Shown: one piece after another, positions 38,947 to 53,761 of the stretch
How positions within the stretch are numbered: position 1 is the first letter of the stretch
Layout: each line of letters begins with the position of its first letter
NCBI GenBank assembly: GCA_951406725.2
Contig: OX597823.1
Span: 103,416,001-103,480,000, forward strand
Length of the DNA: 64,000 nucleotides
Direction: 5' to 3'
DNA from: Octopus vulgaris
Taxonomy: Eukaryota
Made by a program: the position numbers and the translations under genes
Notes under the pieces: model-generated
The model's database searches: none
Seen by the model: only the letters and a program-made list of their open reading frames with translations
What the model was told of the DNA's origin: nothing

Positions 38947-39730
38947 ATTTAACTTATAAAAAAATTAGAAGGCTACATAAATTTTATATATCAAATATTT
39001 ATTTACAAATCACGCATCAACATCTACCACCGCCGCCGCCGCCACAACTACCACAACCGCCACTACCACCGCCACCATCATTAACAACAACAGTGCTACC
39101 ATTGTTCACTCACCATCTCCTTCTCAGTATCCACAATCCCCTCCTACTCTTAATAAAGTTCCTCCTACTATTTCATTCTCCCTCTCTATACACTACCCCC
39201 TCTTCCTACCCTTCCTTCAGTCGATGATGTGTTTTTGTTTTTGTTGTGTTTTGATTCCCGTCTCTTGACATTAACTAAAGTGCATCATCACCTTCTCGAC
39301 AACCACTAGCAGCAGCGGCAGCAGCGGCAGCAGCAGCAGCAGCAACAGTAGCCCCCACCTCCACCAACACCATTAACACCGCCAACCTACGCCACCACTA
39401 GTGCTACCACCACTACTATACCGCTCCATCCAACTAAAACCACCATCACCACAACCACCAAAACAACCTTTACCTGCACCACTAAACCGCCCTCATCAGC
39501 AGCACCACCACCAGCACCACCGACAACAACAATCATTGCAGCTGTCATCATCATCAGTAGCAGCAGCAGAACCCCACCCCACCATCACCACCAGTACCAC
39601 TACCACCACTCATACCACTTCTCAACCAACATAATTATCACCGCATCAGTACTGCTACTCAACCCCCACTCCCCACTCCATCATCAACTGGACGACCACC
39701 ACGGCCATCGTGACCACCACCACTAATAAT

Positions 39731-39948
39731 CCTTTCCTTTCTACTAAAGGCACAAGGCCTGAAATTTGGTGGAAGGGGATTAATCGATTACATTGATCCC
39801 ACTGTTCTACTGGTATTTAATTTATCGACTCCGAAAGGATGAAAGGCAAAGTCGACCTCGGCGGAATTTGAACTCAGAACGTAAAGACAGACGAAATACG
39901 GCTACGCATTTCAACCAGCGTGCTAACGTTTCTGCCATCTCGCCGCCT
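39731..39948 (-). mobile_element. SINE family A with TSD ACCACCACCACTAATAAT
   Basis: Family A core. Direct repeat at ~39713-39730 and 39949-39966. Confidence 0.9.
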
Positions 39949-40633
39949 TACCACCACCACTAATAATGATACATCACATATTGCCTCGTCCAGCACACTA
40001 GCCACCACAATCACCATTGCCACATCGACACCACCGCCGCCACCACCACCACCACCACCACCACTACCACTACGACTGACACCACCTCTAGTATCTCAGA
40101 CATCATCACCACCGCCACCACCACCACCACCACCACCACCACCACCAAATCCGCCGCCGCCGCCGCCGTCTCCTCCACCTCACCCCACCAAGTCCACCAC
40201 CAACATCACTTCGAACCAGGAAAAGGACATCTAAAGTGCAGACCGACTGCACCGTCACATAGACTTGGTATTAAAGTGCAGCGCAGCACCGATCATGTGT
40301 TTGCAGTTTTTTTTGCTGTTGTTGTATTTGTAGTTGTTGTTGTCGTTGTTGTCGGAAACGGCGGCGCCATCATCATCATCATCATCATCAAATACCATCA
40401 TCGTGTTGTTGCTGCTGTTGCTTTTTGTCATTGATGATTTTAACCATTTGAAAGACGAAACGAAAGATATTTTGCCAAAGTCTTTCAAGAGTCCAGACGG
40501 GTAGAAGACATGGGGGTACGTAATATATAATATATGATAGGCAAGATGGCAGCGGACGTGATATGGCGGCTAGCTGAGATATATTAATCTACTTATCTAC
40601 AAGTGACGTCTGTCTGCCTATCTGTCTGTCTGC

Positions 40634-40775
<142 letters not shown>

Positions 40776-40886
40776 GTCTATCTATCTATGCATGCAGACA
40801 TGTGTATGTATGTATGTATGTATGTATCTATGTATGTATGTATCTATCTATCTATCTGTCTGTCTGCCTGCCTGCCTGATTGTCTT

Positions 40887-40953
<67 letters not shown>

Positions 40954-41421
40954 GTTTAGCTTTCTTTCTTTCTTTCCTTCTGCCTGCCTGTCTCTCACTC
41001 TAACTGTCTGCGTGTCACATTAAATCAAATTTGATATTTGTTACAAACGCCAGTCTACCATTTTATGTGTACGTGCAGAAAAACTGATACAAACGACACA
41101 CACACCCGAAGACAAGCACACACAGACAGACACGCACACACACACACACACACAAACAATCATAAAAACATACATGCAAACACATACACTTCTATATGTA
41201 TAAGTTCGTTTGGAAATAATGAGGTTAGCTTTCGATCACATTGCGTGGCACCTTAGGCAAGGGTCGTTTACCATATTCTCAGATCGACCAATCCCTGTGA
41301 GTGATCTTGGGTAGCGGAAATACAATGTGTCCTCGTATCTTGTGTCTTTTATCTACACACACTCACAAATACACACATATATATAAATGCATATATATAT
41401 ATATATATATACATACATATA

Positions 41422-41497
<76 letters not shown>

Positions 41498-41503
41498 CAT
41501 ATG

Positions 41504-41569
<66 letters not shown>

Positions 41570-41588
41570 CATATATATATATACATAC

Positions 41589-41631
<43 letters not shown>

Positions 41632-41764
41632 GTTATATATTCATATATACATGTATATTATATACTTGCTTATATACAAACATGCATGCATATATACAAA
41701 CATATATATATATATATATTTTCTAGTTTCAGCTCAGAGCCGCGGCCATGCTGATGCACCGCCG

Positions 41765-41835
<71 letters not shown>

Positions 41836-42452
41836 ATATATTTATATAAATATAGACGTATATATGTATATATAAAGTTCTACAGTTATATATTCATATA
41901 TACATACATACATACATACATACATACATACATACATACATACATACATAAATACATACATATATATACATACACACACACAGATACACAGACACTGACA
42001 CACACACACACACATATATATATATATTTATAACTATGCTGTATTCCGTTAGGAATATATATGTATGTATATATGCATACGTACACCACCTATACATGCA
42101 CATACACATACATATAGAATATGAATTAAAAAACAATTAAAAGAAATTACATGGAATAATGAATTGAACGAAACCGGAAACAGTTCCATTTGTACTCCAT
42201 TTTCTTTCTTTGATTTGATCTCATTTATTTAGTTTTAATTAAATGTAGTTAACCCTAGAAGGTTTGCTGCGTGGGTGAAAGATATATATACATATCATAG
42301 AAACGAGCGAATTCCTTTGGTATTTTGTCGTTCGGCGTGCTTTGTTATTAACACGGATATGTGGGTCAGTGCAACATTTAACTCTTTCCATATTTTCGGG
42401 AAGGTGTGTTTGGTGGGGAGCTTCCTCTCTAGCAGTAGACATATAGAGCACT

Positions 42453-42530
<78 letters not shown>

Positions 42531-42724
42531 GTCTGTCTGCCTGTCTGTCTGTCTGCCTGACTGTCTGCCTGTCTGTCTGTCTGTCCGTCTGTATTTGTGA
42601 AACCGAATCCAATTGAAATATCTCCCCGCCGTTTTCCTTTGATTGGATAGAGAAAGATTTCGTCTGTTTGGCAACTGTGGCGAAAGCGATTTTATGGTGG
42701 AGAAAATTGAAAATTGAACATTCA

Positions 42725-42770
<46 letters not shown>

Positions 42771-42899
42771 TGTGCATGTGCGTAGGTATTGTTAATATAT
42801 GTGAAAAACGTCTATATGTGAAATATTTTTCTTGTAATGTCAGCTCATCAGTCACCAATGTGACAAATGATGACCTCCTGACCGTTTCAAAACAAAGGG

Positions 42900-42995
<96 letters not shown>

Positions 42996-43643
42996 TAGCA
43001 CTGCTAAGCTTTATTATTTCAGTAAGTCTACGGAATCTTTCTAACAGGTAAATACCAAATATGTTCCAAAAACCTTTTCTCGTCTTTATTGTATTTTCAC
43101 AATGAAGAAAAAGCCAACCACCACAAGTGCATGTATTAAAACTGGAAGTAGAAATTTGAAAAGAAAGAGACATTTTCAGTCGTTTAAAATGTATAAAAAG
43201 AATATTTTTTATTGAAGAAATGTATAATGGGATAAGAAAATATCACTTGTCTCCCCTTTTGTGTACCATAAAACAACAGTTTATCACAGAAACACCTTGT
43301 TTAAACTAAAAGTAAATTTGAGGGGAATTATATCAGGTAAAGTAGAAATGAATATATCATGTCATGCATAAAAAGAAATTCTTACAGCGTGGCAAAACTA
43401 CGAAAATAACTGAGAACAGTTGGATGGTTTCTACAGAAACCCACTTTCACGACTGCAGAGATTCCAAATCTGCAAATAAATCGGTATTTGTTCAGTCTGA
43501 TAATTTTCAGAATTCTCAGCCAATCAGAAAACAGCGCGTTCGCTGCCTCTTCCCCTTATCTTGATCAATCTCTATTTTGTGGTTAATGAAATTATTACCC
43601 CATTTTTTTAAAAAAAAAGGTCTAGACCCAAAGAAGAATAGCA

Positions 43644-44312
43644 ATGTTTTCAAGAGTGTACTTAAGCGGATACCAGAAACGCCAACTCAAGGAAAAGCAA
43701 ACTAACGAAATTTCTAAACGTCAAAAACTATCAAATGTCAAATTACAATGTCAAGAAAAAGTTTGTCATCACTCGCAACTGAAACAAGCCATGCAAGCTC
43801 CGGTGAAGTCAATGACAATGCACAAACCATGAGTACCCTGTTGATCCTTTTGGGACAGATGATGATCACAGTGGTCAAGAACTTCAAGATAAGAGAGAGC
43901 AGAAACAGGAAGCAAAGTTAGTGGTTTCGAAGAATACAGTAACCTGGCAAACTGGCCCGTAACAATTGATAATGGTTTTATATAAAACTGTTTAATGCAG
44001 TACATCAGTTTTTTTCAAAATAAAAAAAACCCCAGATAATGTATACTGATTCCAACAAGATTTACAAACAGCAAAATTGAAGTTTCTCAAACAAGTATTT
44101 TGAAAAAAGATTGTAAAATGGTCAGACTATGATGAGATCCTGGTTAGTTTACTCAAAGAACGAAGGCTGTATATACTGTTTCTTTTGCAAACTCTTTTCT
44201 AAGTGCCAAATATCACTTACAACGGATGGGTTTTCTGATTGGGAGAAAAAACTCAGAATTCTATAAAATCATGAGCACAACATGGAACATTCCAACGATA
44301 GAGCTTTATCTC
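43644..44312 (+). mobile_element. hAT transposase N-terminal relic (ZMYM1-like, TTF-type zinc finger)
   Basis: YLSGYQKRQLK, NLANWP, RSWLVYSKNEGCIYCFFCKLFS and TTDGFSDW. Stops and frameshifts. Confidence 0.8.
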
Positions 44313-44388
44313 TTTGTTATGGATCAGCTCCTTCTTTACAGGAAAGAGTTCAATTAATCATAAACAGATGAGAACATACAGACCAAAA

Positions 44389-44592
44389 TGTGACCTTGTG
44401 TGTACCGTTGGCGATTTTTTTCCTCTGTCTTCCCTTCTCGGGATCTTTCCTTCTCCTATGTTTCCGACGAAGAGCTCCGCTCGAAACGTTAAACCCTCCT
44501 TCTTCCCTTCTTTCCTGAGCATCCAATAATACTATATTTGTTCCACGTCCTCGCGTTGTTGTGTTTTTTTTGTATTTTCTTGTTTGGATTAA

Positions 44593-44594
<2 letters not shown>
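44389..44594 (+). mobile_element. ~200-bp non-autonomous hammerhead-bearing repeat, copy 2
   Basis: Homologous to 3145-3342(-). Runs into (TA)n at its 3' end. Confidence 0.75.
44460..44494 (+). ncRNA. Minimal type I hammerhead ribozyme motif (U4->C variant in this copy)
   Basis: GTTT-CCGACGA-A-GAGC(TCC)GCTC-GAAA-CG-TT-AAAC: stem I GUUU/AAAC, stem II GAGC/GCUC, palindromic AACGTT mini stem III, GUU triplet. The sister copy has an intact CTGACGA. Confidence 0.7.
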
Positions 44595-44686
<92 letters not shown>

Positions 44687-45068
44687 CGTGTGTGCGCGTG
44701 TGTATGTATGTATATATATATATATATATATATGCGTGTGCATGTGCGGATGTATTATTAATATATGTGTATACGTCTATATGTGTAATATTTTTCTTGT
44801 AATATCAGCTCATTTGTCACCCATGTGACAAATGATAACACTATCCGTATTAGTAGCTGTAGTGGAATCATAAGAAGTGTATTTCTCTCATTAAGAAAAC
44901 AAAAACGAATTGCTATAATATAATTTACATTAAATGCAAAAAAAAAAGCTGTTAGATTTTAATATTGCTTCACAAGATATGGCGAAAATGTTATCGGACT
45001 GGTTATTTCATTTATCTATATCTATGTCTAATTACATTTTCCGAAAAGCCTTTATGTAATTTGCACAA

Positions 45069-45114
<46 letters not shown>

Positions 45115-45708
45115 TTGCTACTAGACTCTGTAGTAGTAGCGGTGGTGGTGGTGATGGTAGAAGACCATAATTTTGCCAAGTTTTCTTTCTTTCAAACGAT
45201 CCTGCGGTGGTTAGTTTTCCAAAAACAAAACAAGTGACATTTCGTTTTTAATAAATGTGTGTCATTCGAATCAGAAATTTTATACCGATTCGCATTTCTT
45301 TATTGGATAAACAGAAAATTAACTTAGATTATCAGAAGAGATGACAGTGTTTAACATATCGTTTGGCTGCTTCAAGATAACTGATAACTAATTGCTAAAC
45401 GACTATTGTATTATAAAAAAAAAAAAATCAAATCTAAGCAGACAAAAAAACCCCCAAAGAACTTTCATCGATTGCAAATGATTTGATTGATAAAAGGTTC
45501 GTCTCTTGAATAAGTAGTTTATCGGTTCTTTCCATTTGGCTAGCTATTTGTTAACAGCTGTCTTTTTATGAAACACGTTGCGTTGATGTTTCAGGCTATT
45601 ATATGATTGAAAGATAAGACGATAAAATTTTATCTGATGATATGCGTGAACGGAGAACATTTGAAAATGTTTGTAATGTATATTATTTACGTTACTCTCT
45701 CTCTCTCT

Positions 45709-45793
<85 letters not shown>

Positions 45794-45811
45794 AAATATG
45801 TCACGCTACTT

Positions 45812-46738
45812 TATCAAATAGTAGAATCCCATTAAACGCCTTCCATCCGGTCCTTACTCTCCGTGAGATCTCCTTTTCGATATCTCAGCACATATTCACT
45901 TCTTGTCCTAGGTAGACATATTCCTTTACCTCCTCTATTTCATCACTGCCGATCACCATTCGACCTGTTGGTACGTTGTCTGATCGAATGAACTTCGTTT
46001 TCATGCGGTTCATCTTGAAACCTACTGCAGAGCTTTTGATGTCGAGCTCCGTCAGCATGGTCTGAAGCTGATCCATGGTTTCAGCGATGATTACGATGTC
46101 ATCAGCGAAACGGAGGTGGGTGAGTAGCTCGCCATTGATGTTGCCAGTCGATGCCTCTGATGATCTGCTCGAGACATGCGGTGATAAGTTTTGGGGAGAT
46201 CGTATCCCCTTGCTTCACTCCCTTCTCGACCGGCACTCGTACGGGTGATGATAGCAGAGCTATGTCGGTGGTGCTTCCGGAATTTGCCTCCCTGAGCAGT
46301 TGCACTATTGCGCCTCGATTCCTTGCTTCTGCAGCGAGTTCAGCACTGCGTTGGTTTCGACGCTGTCGAAGGCCTTCTCACAGTCTACAAACGCAACGCA
46401 AAGAGGCAGCTTGAACTCATACTCTCGCTCAAGCAGTTATGTTAGAGTAAATATATGGTCCATGGTGCTGTAGTTTTTCCGGAAGCCGGCTTGTTCCCTC
46501 GGTTGTTGTTCGCCGAGATGACATGATAACCTGTTCAGAATTATCTTTGTGAACAGCTTGTACACGTGAGACAGCAGGCATATGGGTCGGTAGGTCTTTA
46601 GATCTTCTCTATCACCCTTCTTATACAGCAGGATGGTATTTGACTCTTTCCACAGCGATGGAATTCTTCCCTCGTCTAGATAGTGCGTGAATCGCTCGGC
46701 GAGGATTTTCCAGAGCTGCTCTCTGGAGCTCTGGAGGT
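45812..46738 (-). mobile_element. RTE-clade LINE reverse transcriptase fragment
   Basis: IPSLWKESNTILLYKKGDREDLKTYRPICLLSHVYKLF...EQAGFRKNYSTMDHIF, AFVDCEKAFDSV, KGVKQGDTISPKL, HLRFADDIV and YVYLGQ. Few disabling mutations. Confidence 0.95.
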
Positions 46739-46806
46739 AGATATATATATATACAAACATACATACACACACACGCGTGCACACATATGCATATATGCGT
46801 GTGTAC

Positions 46807-46861
<55 letters not shown>

Positions 46862-47699
46862 ACCTACATCCTGAAATATTATATCGTCTGGTGCCACTTC
46901 AGTAACTCACTGTGAAACCCTAGACCAACTTCACCCATTGTTACTTTGGGTGGGGTTTCAGCTAACTGTGCAGAAACAGAAACGACGAGAATATTGCTTC
47001 CAAACATAAAGCTATATATATATATGTATGTATATACACCAGGATGAGAGAAAAGCATTGTTGCTGTAAAAAGCGTCATTCTCAAGAAGACCTTAAAACA
47101 TTTTGGTCTAATTTCTTGGCACTCAACAACAACGTTCTCATATTTATCTAATACAATGGGAGTGTGATGTGAAATAAATTTGGCTACTTCTTCTAGCATG
47201 TCAAATGATCCTGTAGAGGTTTCTTTGTTGTCTTGTAGACGCTCGTTTTACGCAACATGGTTTGTTGGGAAAATGAGGTTTTATTGCTTGGTTTGATAAG
47301 TGGAATAATTTATTGCTTAGATTAATATGATCCGTGGGATCTATCCACATCGAAGCAAATGGGCTAGTATATAATTACTGTATAAACACACCCACACGCA
47401 CGCGCACACACACAGACACACGTACACACGCACACACGCACACATACATGCGCAGAGACGTGCACATACATGTTGGTTAATCAGAAGTGAAAGAATGCCA
47501 TACCGATAATGCAATCTTGCAGCTATCAGATTACCCGCCTTCATATTGTAATGTTTACATATGCATATTTGAGAATATCAATTTACATAAAAATCTTAGC
47601 TATTTTTTATATGATTCAGACATTCATAAATACATAAATACATAACTACATGGATGTATCAAGAAAAAGTATGCATGTATATATGTAAATATATATATG

Positions 47700-47928
47700 T
47701 TTCTTTATTATCCATAAGGGGCTAAACATAGAGAGGGCAAACAAGGACAGACAAACGAATTAAGTCGATTACATTGACCCCAGTGCATAACTGGTACTTA
47801 TTTAATCGACCCCGAAGGATGAAAGGCAAAGTTGACCTCGGCGGAATTTGAACTCAGAACGTAGCGGCAGACGAAATACCGCTAAGCATTTCGCCCGGCG
47901 TGCTAACGTTTCTGCCAGCTCGCCGCCT
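47700..47928 (-). mobile_element. SINE family A copy
   Basis: Near-consensus family A sequence ending GCCAGCTCGCCGCC. Confidence 0.9.
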
Positions 47929-48897
47929 TTATATATGTATTTATATATATATATGTATGTAAGTGTGCGTGTGTGTGCTGTACGTGCGTATGTATATATA
48001 CACACATACATACGTGCGTACACACACAGACACACACAAACACGCACATACATATGTATACACACTCACATTGAGACGTATTGTATCACTGTATCGACCA
48101 GACCATCGGATGATGTTATACACCGCTGGTCTCAAAAATCCTCGCTTGTTGTGGCTTTCGCATTATGGGAATCCACTGCCTTGGTGGGTAAGGTAACATT
48201 TTCCCCTGGACGGAACGCCAGTCCATCGCAAGCTTACTCACTTACAGCTGAGAGGTCTGAAGCAACATGAAAAGACATTTTGCTCAAGAACATTACGTAT
48301 TGCTTGTCTGGGAATCCAAATCCCGATTTCGCGATCGTGAGGGCAACACACACACACGCACACACATACACACATAAACACACACACACACATACACACA
48401 TGCACGCACACACACGTGCACAAACACATACACACACATGTATATATATGTATATATATATATACACGCACTCATACACATACATATATACGAGTGTGTA
48501 TTAATCATATATAAATGCATTGATTATACCTACAACAGTCATCCTGTAAATGACTACGTCGTATGTATTGATTGTATATGAACACAAAAATCGTATGCAA
48601 TTGAATGTACACGAATGCACACAGAAACACACACATCTCGATAATAGATTGTCTCGATAAGAGACATTTAAGAACTGAGGGCAATTTAAACATTTGTTAC
48701 AAACAAATATTTTCCTCAGCAAATATGTTGACTGAACTCAGACAAGATCCGTAATAGTTTATTTATTGTCATGTATATAACTATGAAGTACTTTTTACTC
48801 AGTAAATGTGTATTATTCAGACCAAACTACTCATATATAAAATATTTTTCATTATACGTGAATTTTAGTTTCTGCAATCGCGGTTGGTACCAATATT

Positions 48898-49090
48898 GGT
48901 TTCAAATTTTGGCACAAAGCCAGTAATTTGGGGCAGGGTTAAGTCATAGATTCCAGTGTTCAATTAGTGCTTATTTTATTGACCCCAAAAGGTTGAAAGG
49001 CAAAGTCAACCTCGGCGGAATTTGAAATCAAAATGTAAAGACGGACGCATTTTGCTTGGTGTGCTAAACGAACCTGTGAGCGCGCCATCT
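48898..49090 (-). mobile_element. SINE family A degenerate copy
   Basis: GAAAGGCAAAGTCAACCTCGGCGGAATTTGAA. Confidence 0.8.
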
Positions 49091-50160
49091 GGCCGGTACT
49101 TAATATTAACAACCACCATTACCAACATGAAAATATTAGCAAATCTGTGAGAGATCTAAGGCAGTACATATATTATTCACAATTCACTTATACTATGGTT
49201 TGCTGTCAATGAATAAATACTACAGGGACCAGTAAATTGCTTTGCCTGAAGGCTTATAAAGCTGTTAAGATGACTTTGAAATAGCGTAGACAGCAGGCAT
49301 CTTTCGTTGTCCGAAAAAAATAGCTGTCATAGGCAGTTTTCGTTAATTTCCTCTTCCGTCATGTTAATCGATTCTTCTGAAGATATTCAAAACCAACCCA
49401 AAGCTGCCATTAAATAGAACGGTGATGATGAAAAGAAAGCCCTAATCTCAACACTAAGTATAAGACTGATCCGGAAGTGGTAGAATTTTAAAATTTCACT
49501 AAGCCTTCATTAGATAGCAAACCGCGCAAAACGTTATTGACGACACAACCAGACGATATCACTAGAGTTTATAACGAAATATGCAAAGACAAATACTGGA
49601 TTATCTTTATACAGTTGCTATCACTCTGAAGGAACGTTCGCCTGTAATGCATTCGATAATGAAATCAATCGACGTAAGTAGCTCAAGTGATTAACAGGGA
49701 CAGAATAAAATAACAAAATGCACAATAGAATAAGACATTTGGATACCACCATAAGTTTTAAGGGGAACAATAATTTCGCTGCACATCATATACATCTCAT
49801 GAAAACAAAAATGACTAAATTGTAGGGAGATACTACATTCTAAACTTTTGAAAAGAAGTTAATTTTAACATCGAAAGCAGGATGGTGAGTGAAAGAATTC
49901 ATTATCGATAAGAACTATTTGACGGAGCTAACATTATCCACAGTTTTGCTTCTAAACTACAAGTTGTACATTGGAAGATGAAAAGAAAAGCGGCATCGCT
50001 GCAAAAGAGGTCTTTCTTGGGAGGTCTTAAAAGTATTTTGTTCTTCATAGTTCTGGAATGGAAAGAAGGATTTAAAATGTAATGCATCAGGGGTAAATAT
50101 ACTTTGGGAGCAATACTGTACCAGCAACAATAGTAAAACAATGCAAAAACGTACAGTATA

Positions 50161-50585
50161 GGCGCAGGAGTGGCTGTGTGGTAAGTAGCTTGCTTACGAA
50201 CCACATGGTTCCGGGTTCAGTCCCACTGCGTGGCACCTTGGGTAAGTGTCTTCTACTATAGCCTCGGGCCGACCAAAGCCTTGTGAGTGGATTTGGTAGA
50301 CGGAAACTGAAAGAAGCCCGTCGTATATATGTATATATATATGTGTATGTGCGTGTTTGTGTGTCTGTGTTTGTCCCCCCCAACATCACTTGACAACCGA
50401 TGCTGGTGTGTTTACGTCCCCGTAACCTAGCAGTTCGGCAAAAAGAGACCGATAAAATAAGTACTAGGCTTACAAAGAATAAGTCCTGGGGTCGATTTGA
50501 TCGACTAAAGGCGGTGCTCTAGCATGGCCACAGTCACATGACTGAAACAAGTAAAAGAGTAAAAGAGTAAAGAGAGTAAAGAGAG
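50161..50585 (+). mobile_element. tRNA-derived SINE family B, full length
   Basis: GGCGCAGGAGTGGCTGTGTGGTAAGTAGCTTGC...CCGGGTTCAGTCCCACTGCGTGGCACCTTGGG head, internal (TA/TG)n and an (AAAAGAGT)n tail. Confidence 0.92.
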
Positions 50586-50599
50586 TATCAACTTTTGAA

Positions 50600-51530
50600 A
50601 CGCTAACATAAGCTGTGAAGAAGTACCAGGGATGCCCCTAATAACTAGATACTGGTGCAAGTTGGTGACGTTCTACAAAATGTCACCAACATGTTTATTT
50701 AATAGAATTATGGAAGTCCAAATTGATATACCACAAACAAAAATTAAATGAATTCCCCTAAGAATAGTGTTAGTTCAACGATGCGTGTGCAGGTGGAAAG
50801 AAAAGCTTATGGGGACGTGCCGAACAACTTTTGTCCAAATTGAAACGAAACATCACAGAAACCTTGTGACAATAGAATGACTTAATTACAAAGAGGCGTG
50901 TAATATTATTCCCATCTCATGGTTCCTGGAATCAATGCATTTGCTGAATGTAACTGCTGTCTTAGTTGCTGCTATTAAATTGCTTACAAAAACTTGCTTC
51001 ACGACACACACCCAGATAGCTAAAAGTCGAACGACTGTATAAAGTGTTATATATTTTCAAAAGGAATATTATAATGAGACAGTCTTGTGTTTCTTTTTAT
51101 TTTGGCATTAAGTCTGCTGTCATATTTTTTATAAAATTATTCACTCCTTATGTAACATGATCTACCACAGCAAAAGACAATAATGTGCACAATTCCTTCG
51201 TGGGCGATTTAAAGATATGTGCTGGAAATATTTACAATGCCGCGGGACAGTTAGAGTTAATAATATCTTCAACAGATATTAGGTTGGAACTTGGTCCAAA
51301 GAAATGTTCACATTTGATAGAGGAGCACAAAAAGAAACCAAAAATAAATTTTTACATCAATGATCTTTCTGTCTCTCCTGCTGCAGCACAGGAGACCACA
51401 AATATGCATGTATTGAAGAAAATGTTTATATGAAGATGTTGTTAAATATGACAATTGGAATTCTGCTCTTACATTTTTTAAAATTGCTTTGGAAGAAAAG
51501 ACTGTATATGCAGTAAAGATATAAACCCTG
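50600..51530 (+). mobile_element. R4/Dong-like LINE RT relic, very degenerate
   Basis: HNSFVGDLKICA...TDIRLELGPKKCSHL...FYINDLSVSP (cf. H..y.DDLK.ya...DIgm.fG..KC). Confidence 0.55.
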
Positions 51531-52350
51531 ATTTTAAGTTCAGGACGGTTTTTTTGTGGAACAATATGCTTATCATATCTGAGGAGTAGCAGCCGGAATG
51601 TTCGCTTTTGCATAAATCTTGGAGTGGTCTATTACTTTCCATCTAATCATGAACTTATTGATGTTTTGGACTTGAACACGTTTACGGCTACTATTCTTGC
51701 TGCATTACTGAGAGAGTGCATGCTTGTTGAACCTAAATTTAAATGTGTTGGTTGTATGTATGCAGAGTACGAGATAGAGGGTGTTGACAGTGAAAATATC
51801 GGCAATATATATGACAGATTTTGCAGTACAAATCTCATCTAAGAAGCATCTTGTAGAGCTAGTGCATTTGCATACACTAAACGAGTCAAAGAATCTCTAC
51901 CTTTGATTCTGACTAATTATAATGCAAAATGTGGTGTACTGCTCTAACTAAGGTTTATATTGTTTCGATTGAAGATTTTATGGTGCAGGTAGTTGTGAGG
52001 AAAGTGTGTATGAGATAGTCTCACGAATGTTTGGTCATACTGGTACATACTTACCGTTCCACTTCTTGCAGCATACTAAGTAGACTCAGTTATTATAAAC
52101 CTTGCATTCCACATCAACAAGCTATTATATATTCTTTGAGCAATACTACAAGTTTTGCAAATATTTATACCACGCACACATACACATATACATATATACG
52201 CGTGCGCGCACACACACACACACGAGCACACACACGCATATATATAAACGGCTTTCAAATCTCTTCCAAATTTCACACTATGTGTATATTTAACAAACTA
52301 CTGACTTCATTTATAATTATATAAATACTAAACTTTTTCTCATTTTCTAG

Positions 52351-52437
52351 AAAAGTATTTTAACCCGCGTAATTCGAACTCCAAGCAGGAACCCAACCAG
52401 GGTTACTCAGAGGCCTTGTCATGTGCATGTCTGTGTG
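52351..52437 (+). CDS. Secreted Cys-rich peptide precursor, coding exon 2 (87 nt, phase 0-0)
   Basis: Acceptor CTTTTTCTCATTTTCTAG, donor GTG|GTAAGT. Reads KSILTRVIRTPSRNPTRVTQRPCHVHVCV, in frame with exon 1. Confidence 0.8.
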
Positions 52438-53761
52438 GTAAGTATTTTCTATAGCACATACCCGCTTCCGTACTCCCACAATATTGCGATGTCTATTATA
52501 TATACATGCATACACACACACATATATAATACATACATACATATATACATACATTCACACATACATACACATGCACACATACATACACATATACATACAT
52601 ACACACACAAACATATACACATACATACGCACATAGATGCATACACACATGTAATAGCTTATACTCATACTTTTGTTGGTTTGTTAATTGATTTCTCCAG
52701 TCACGCTTAACATCTTATATATATATATAAAGAGGGAGAGAGAGAGAAAGAGATAGATTGATAGATAGAGAGAGAGGGTGAGTGTAGAATATATATACAG
52801 AGAGAGTTGATGTAAGAGATGCAAGATGAGTGTACATACAAGGCTGGATGGCAGACAATGAGTGTAAGAACGCTATACACACACCGAAAGAAAAAGAATA
52901 GCAGGGTCAAAAGAATCGGAGGAGTAAATGACGGAGTAGTTATGAAAGAAGTTATAAAAATGAGAAATTTGCTTTAGTATTCGTCTCATTGTATAAACAC
53001 AAAGAAATTTGATAAAAGTTAAATTTTAAGTATTGCATTTTTACTCCAATTTCTGACATTACCCGCGCTGACAAAGGTATAATTCAAAATTTACTCGTCG
53101 TATGACGGATAATACTCTAGCATACACACAGATACACGCACAAAAATACCCTCAAAAATACACATATATACGCTTACACACACACATATCAGTTTACAGT
53201 GAATATAAACATGATTATAGACATATTGATTTCAGAAAGAAGTCGAACCTTTTTCGAAAGCTGCTGTGCTCTACACCACTGTTTTCCACAACGTTATAAA
53301 AAAGGATTTATATAGATACCAGTGTAATGTTGTAAATAATATACAGAGTTATGGACACAGTATCATGCATTTCTTCTTGTTTATCATAAATTAAGCTTAG
53401 TCACATTTGCCGACCGTCTGCGAGATTGCACTGGGTAGCCATTTGCAATTCTGTTTTCGCGCAGGCGCGGAGATTGAAGCAATGTTGATGCCGACATTGC
53501 AAACAAATCATTTGCGACGGTTACAGTTGCTGCCACGTATCAACAATAGTGTTCCTGCTTGATCGCACATGCTAGAAACAGCTGCCAAGTCTTTCAGATC
53601 TAACACTATTATCTTAAAAAAACAGGAGGGACATATTCTTTGTATTCGATCCGTCTTTGATAAAAATTCTCTTTGAGCTAAATCTAATTTAAATCGTACA
53701 CCATTGTTTTAAATAAAGAAGGACACAGTGAATAACACAATCCTAGTACACAAAAGTAGCA

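Noticed and set aside
39020-40210. Proline-rich coding exon
   Set aside because: (CCA)n/(CAG)n low-complexity tracts interrupted by a SINE and stops.
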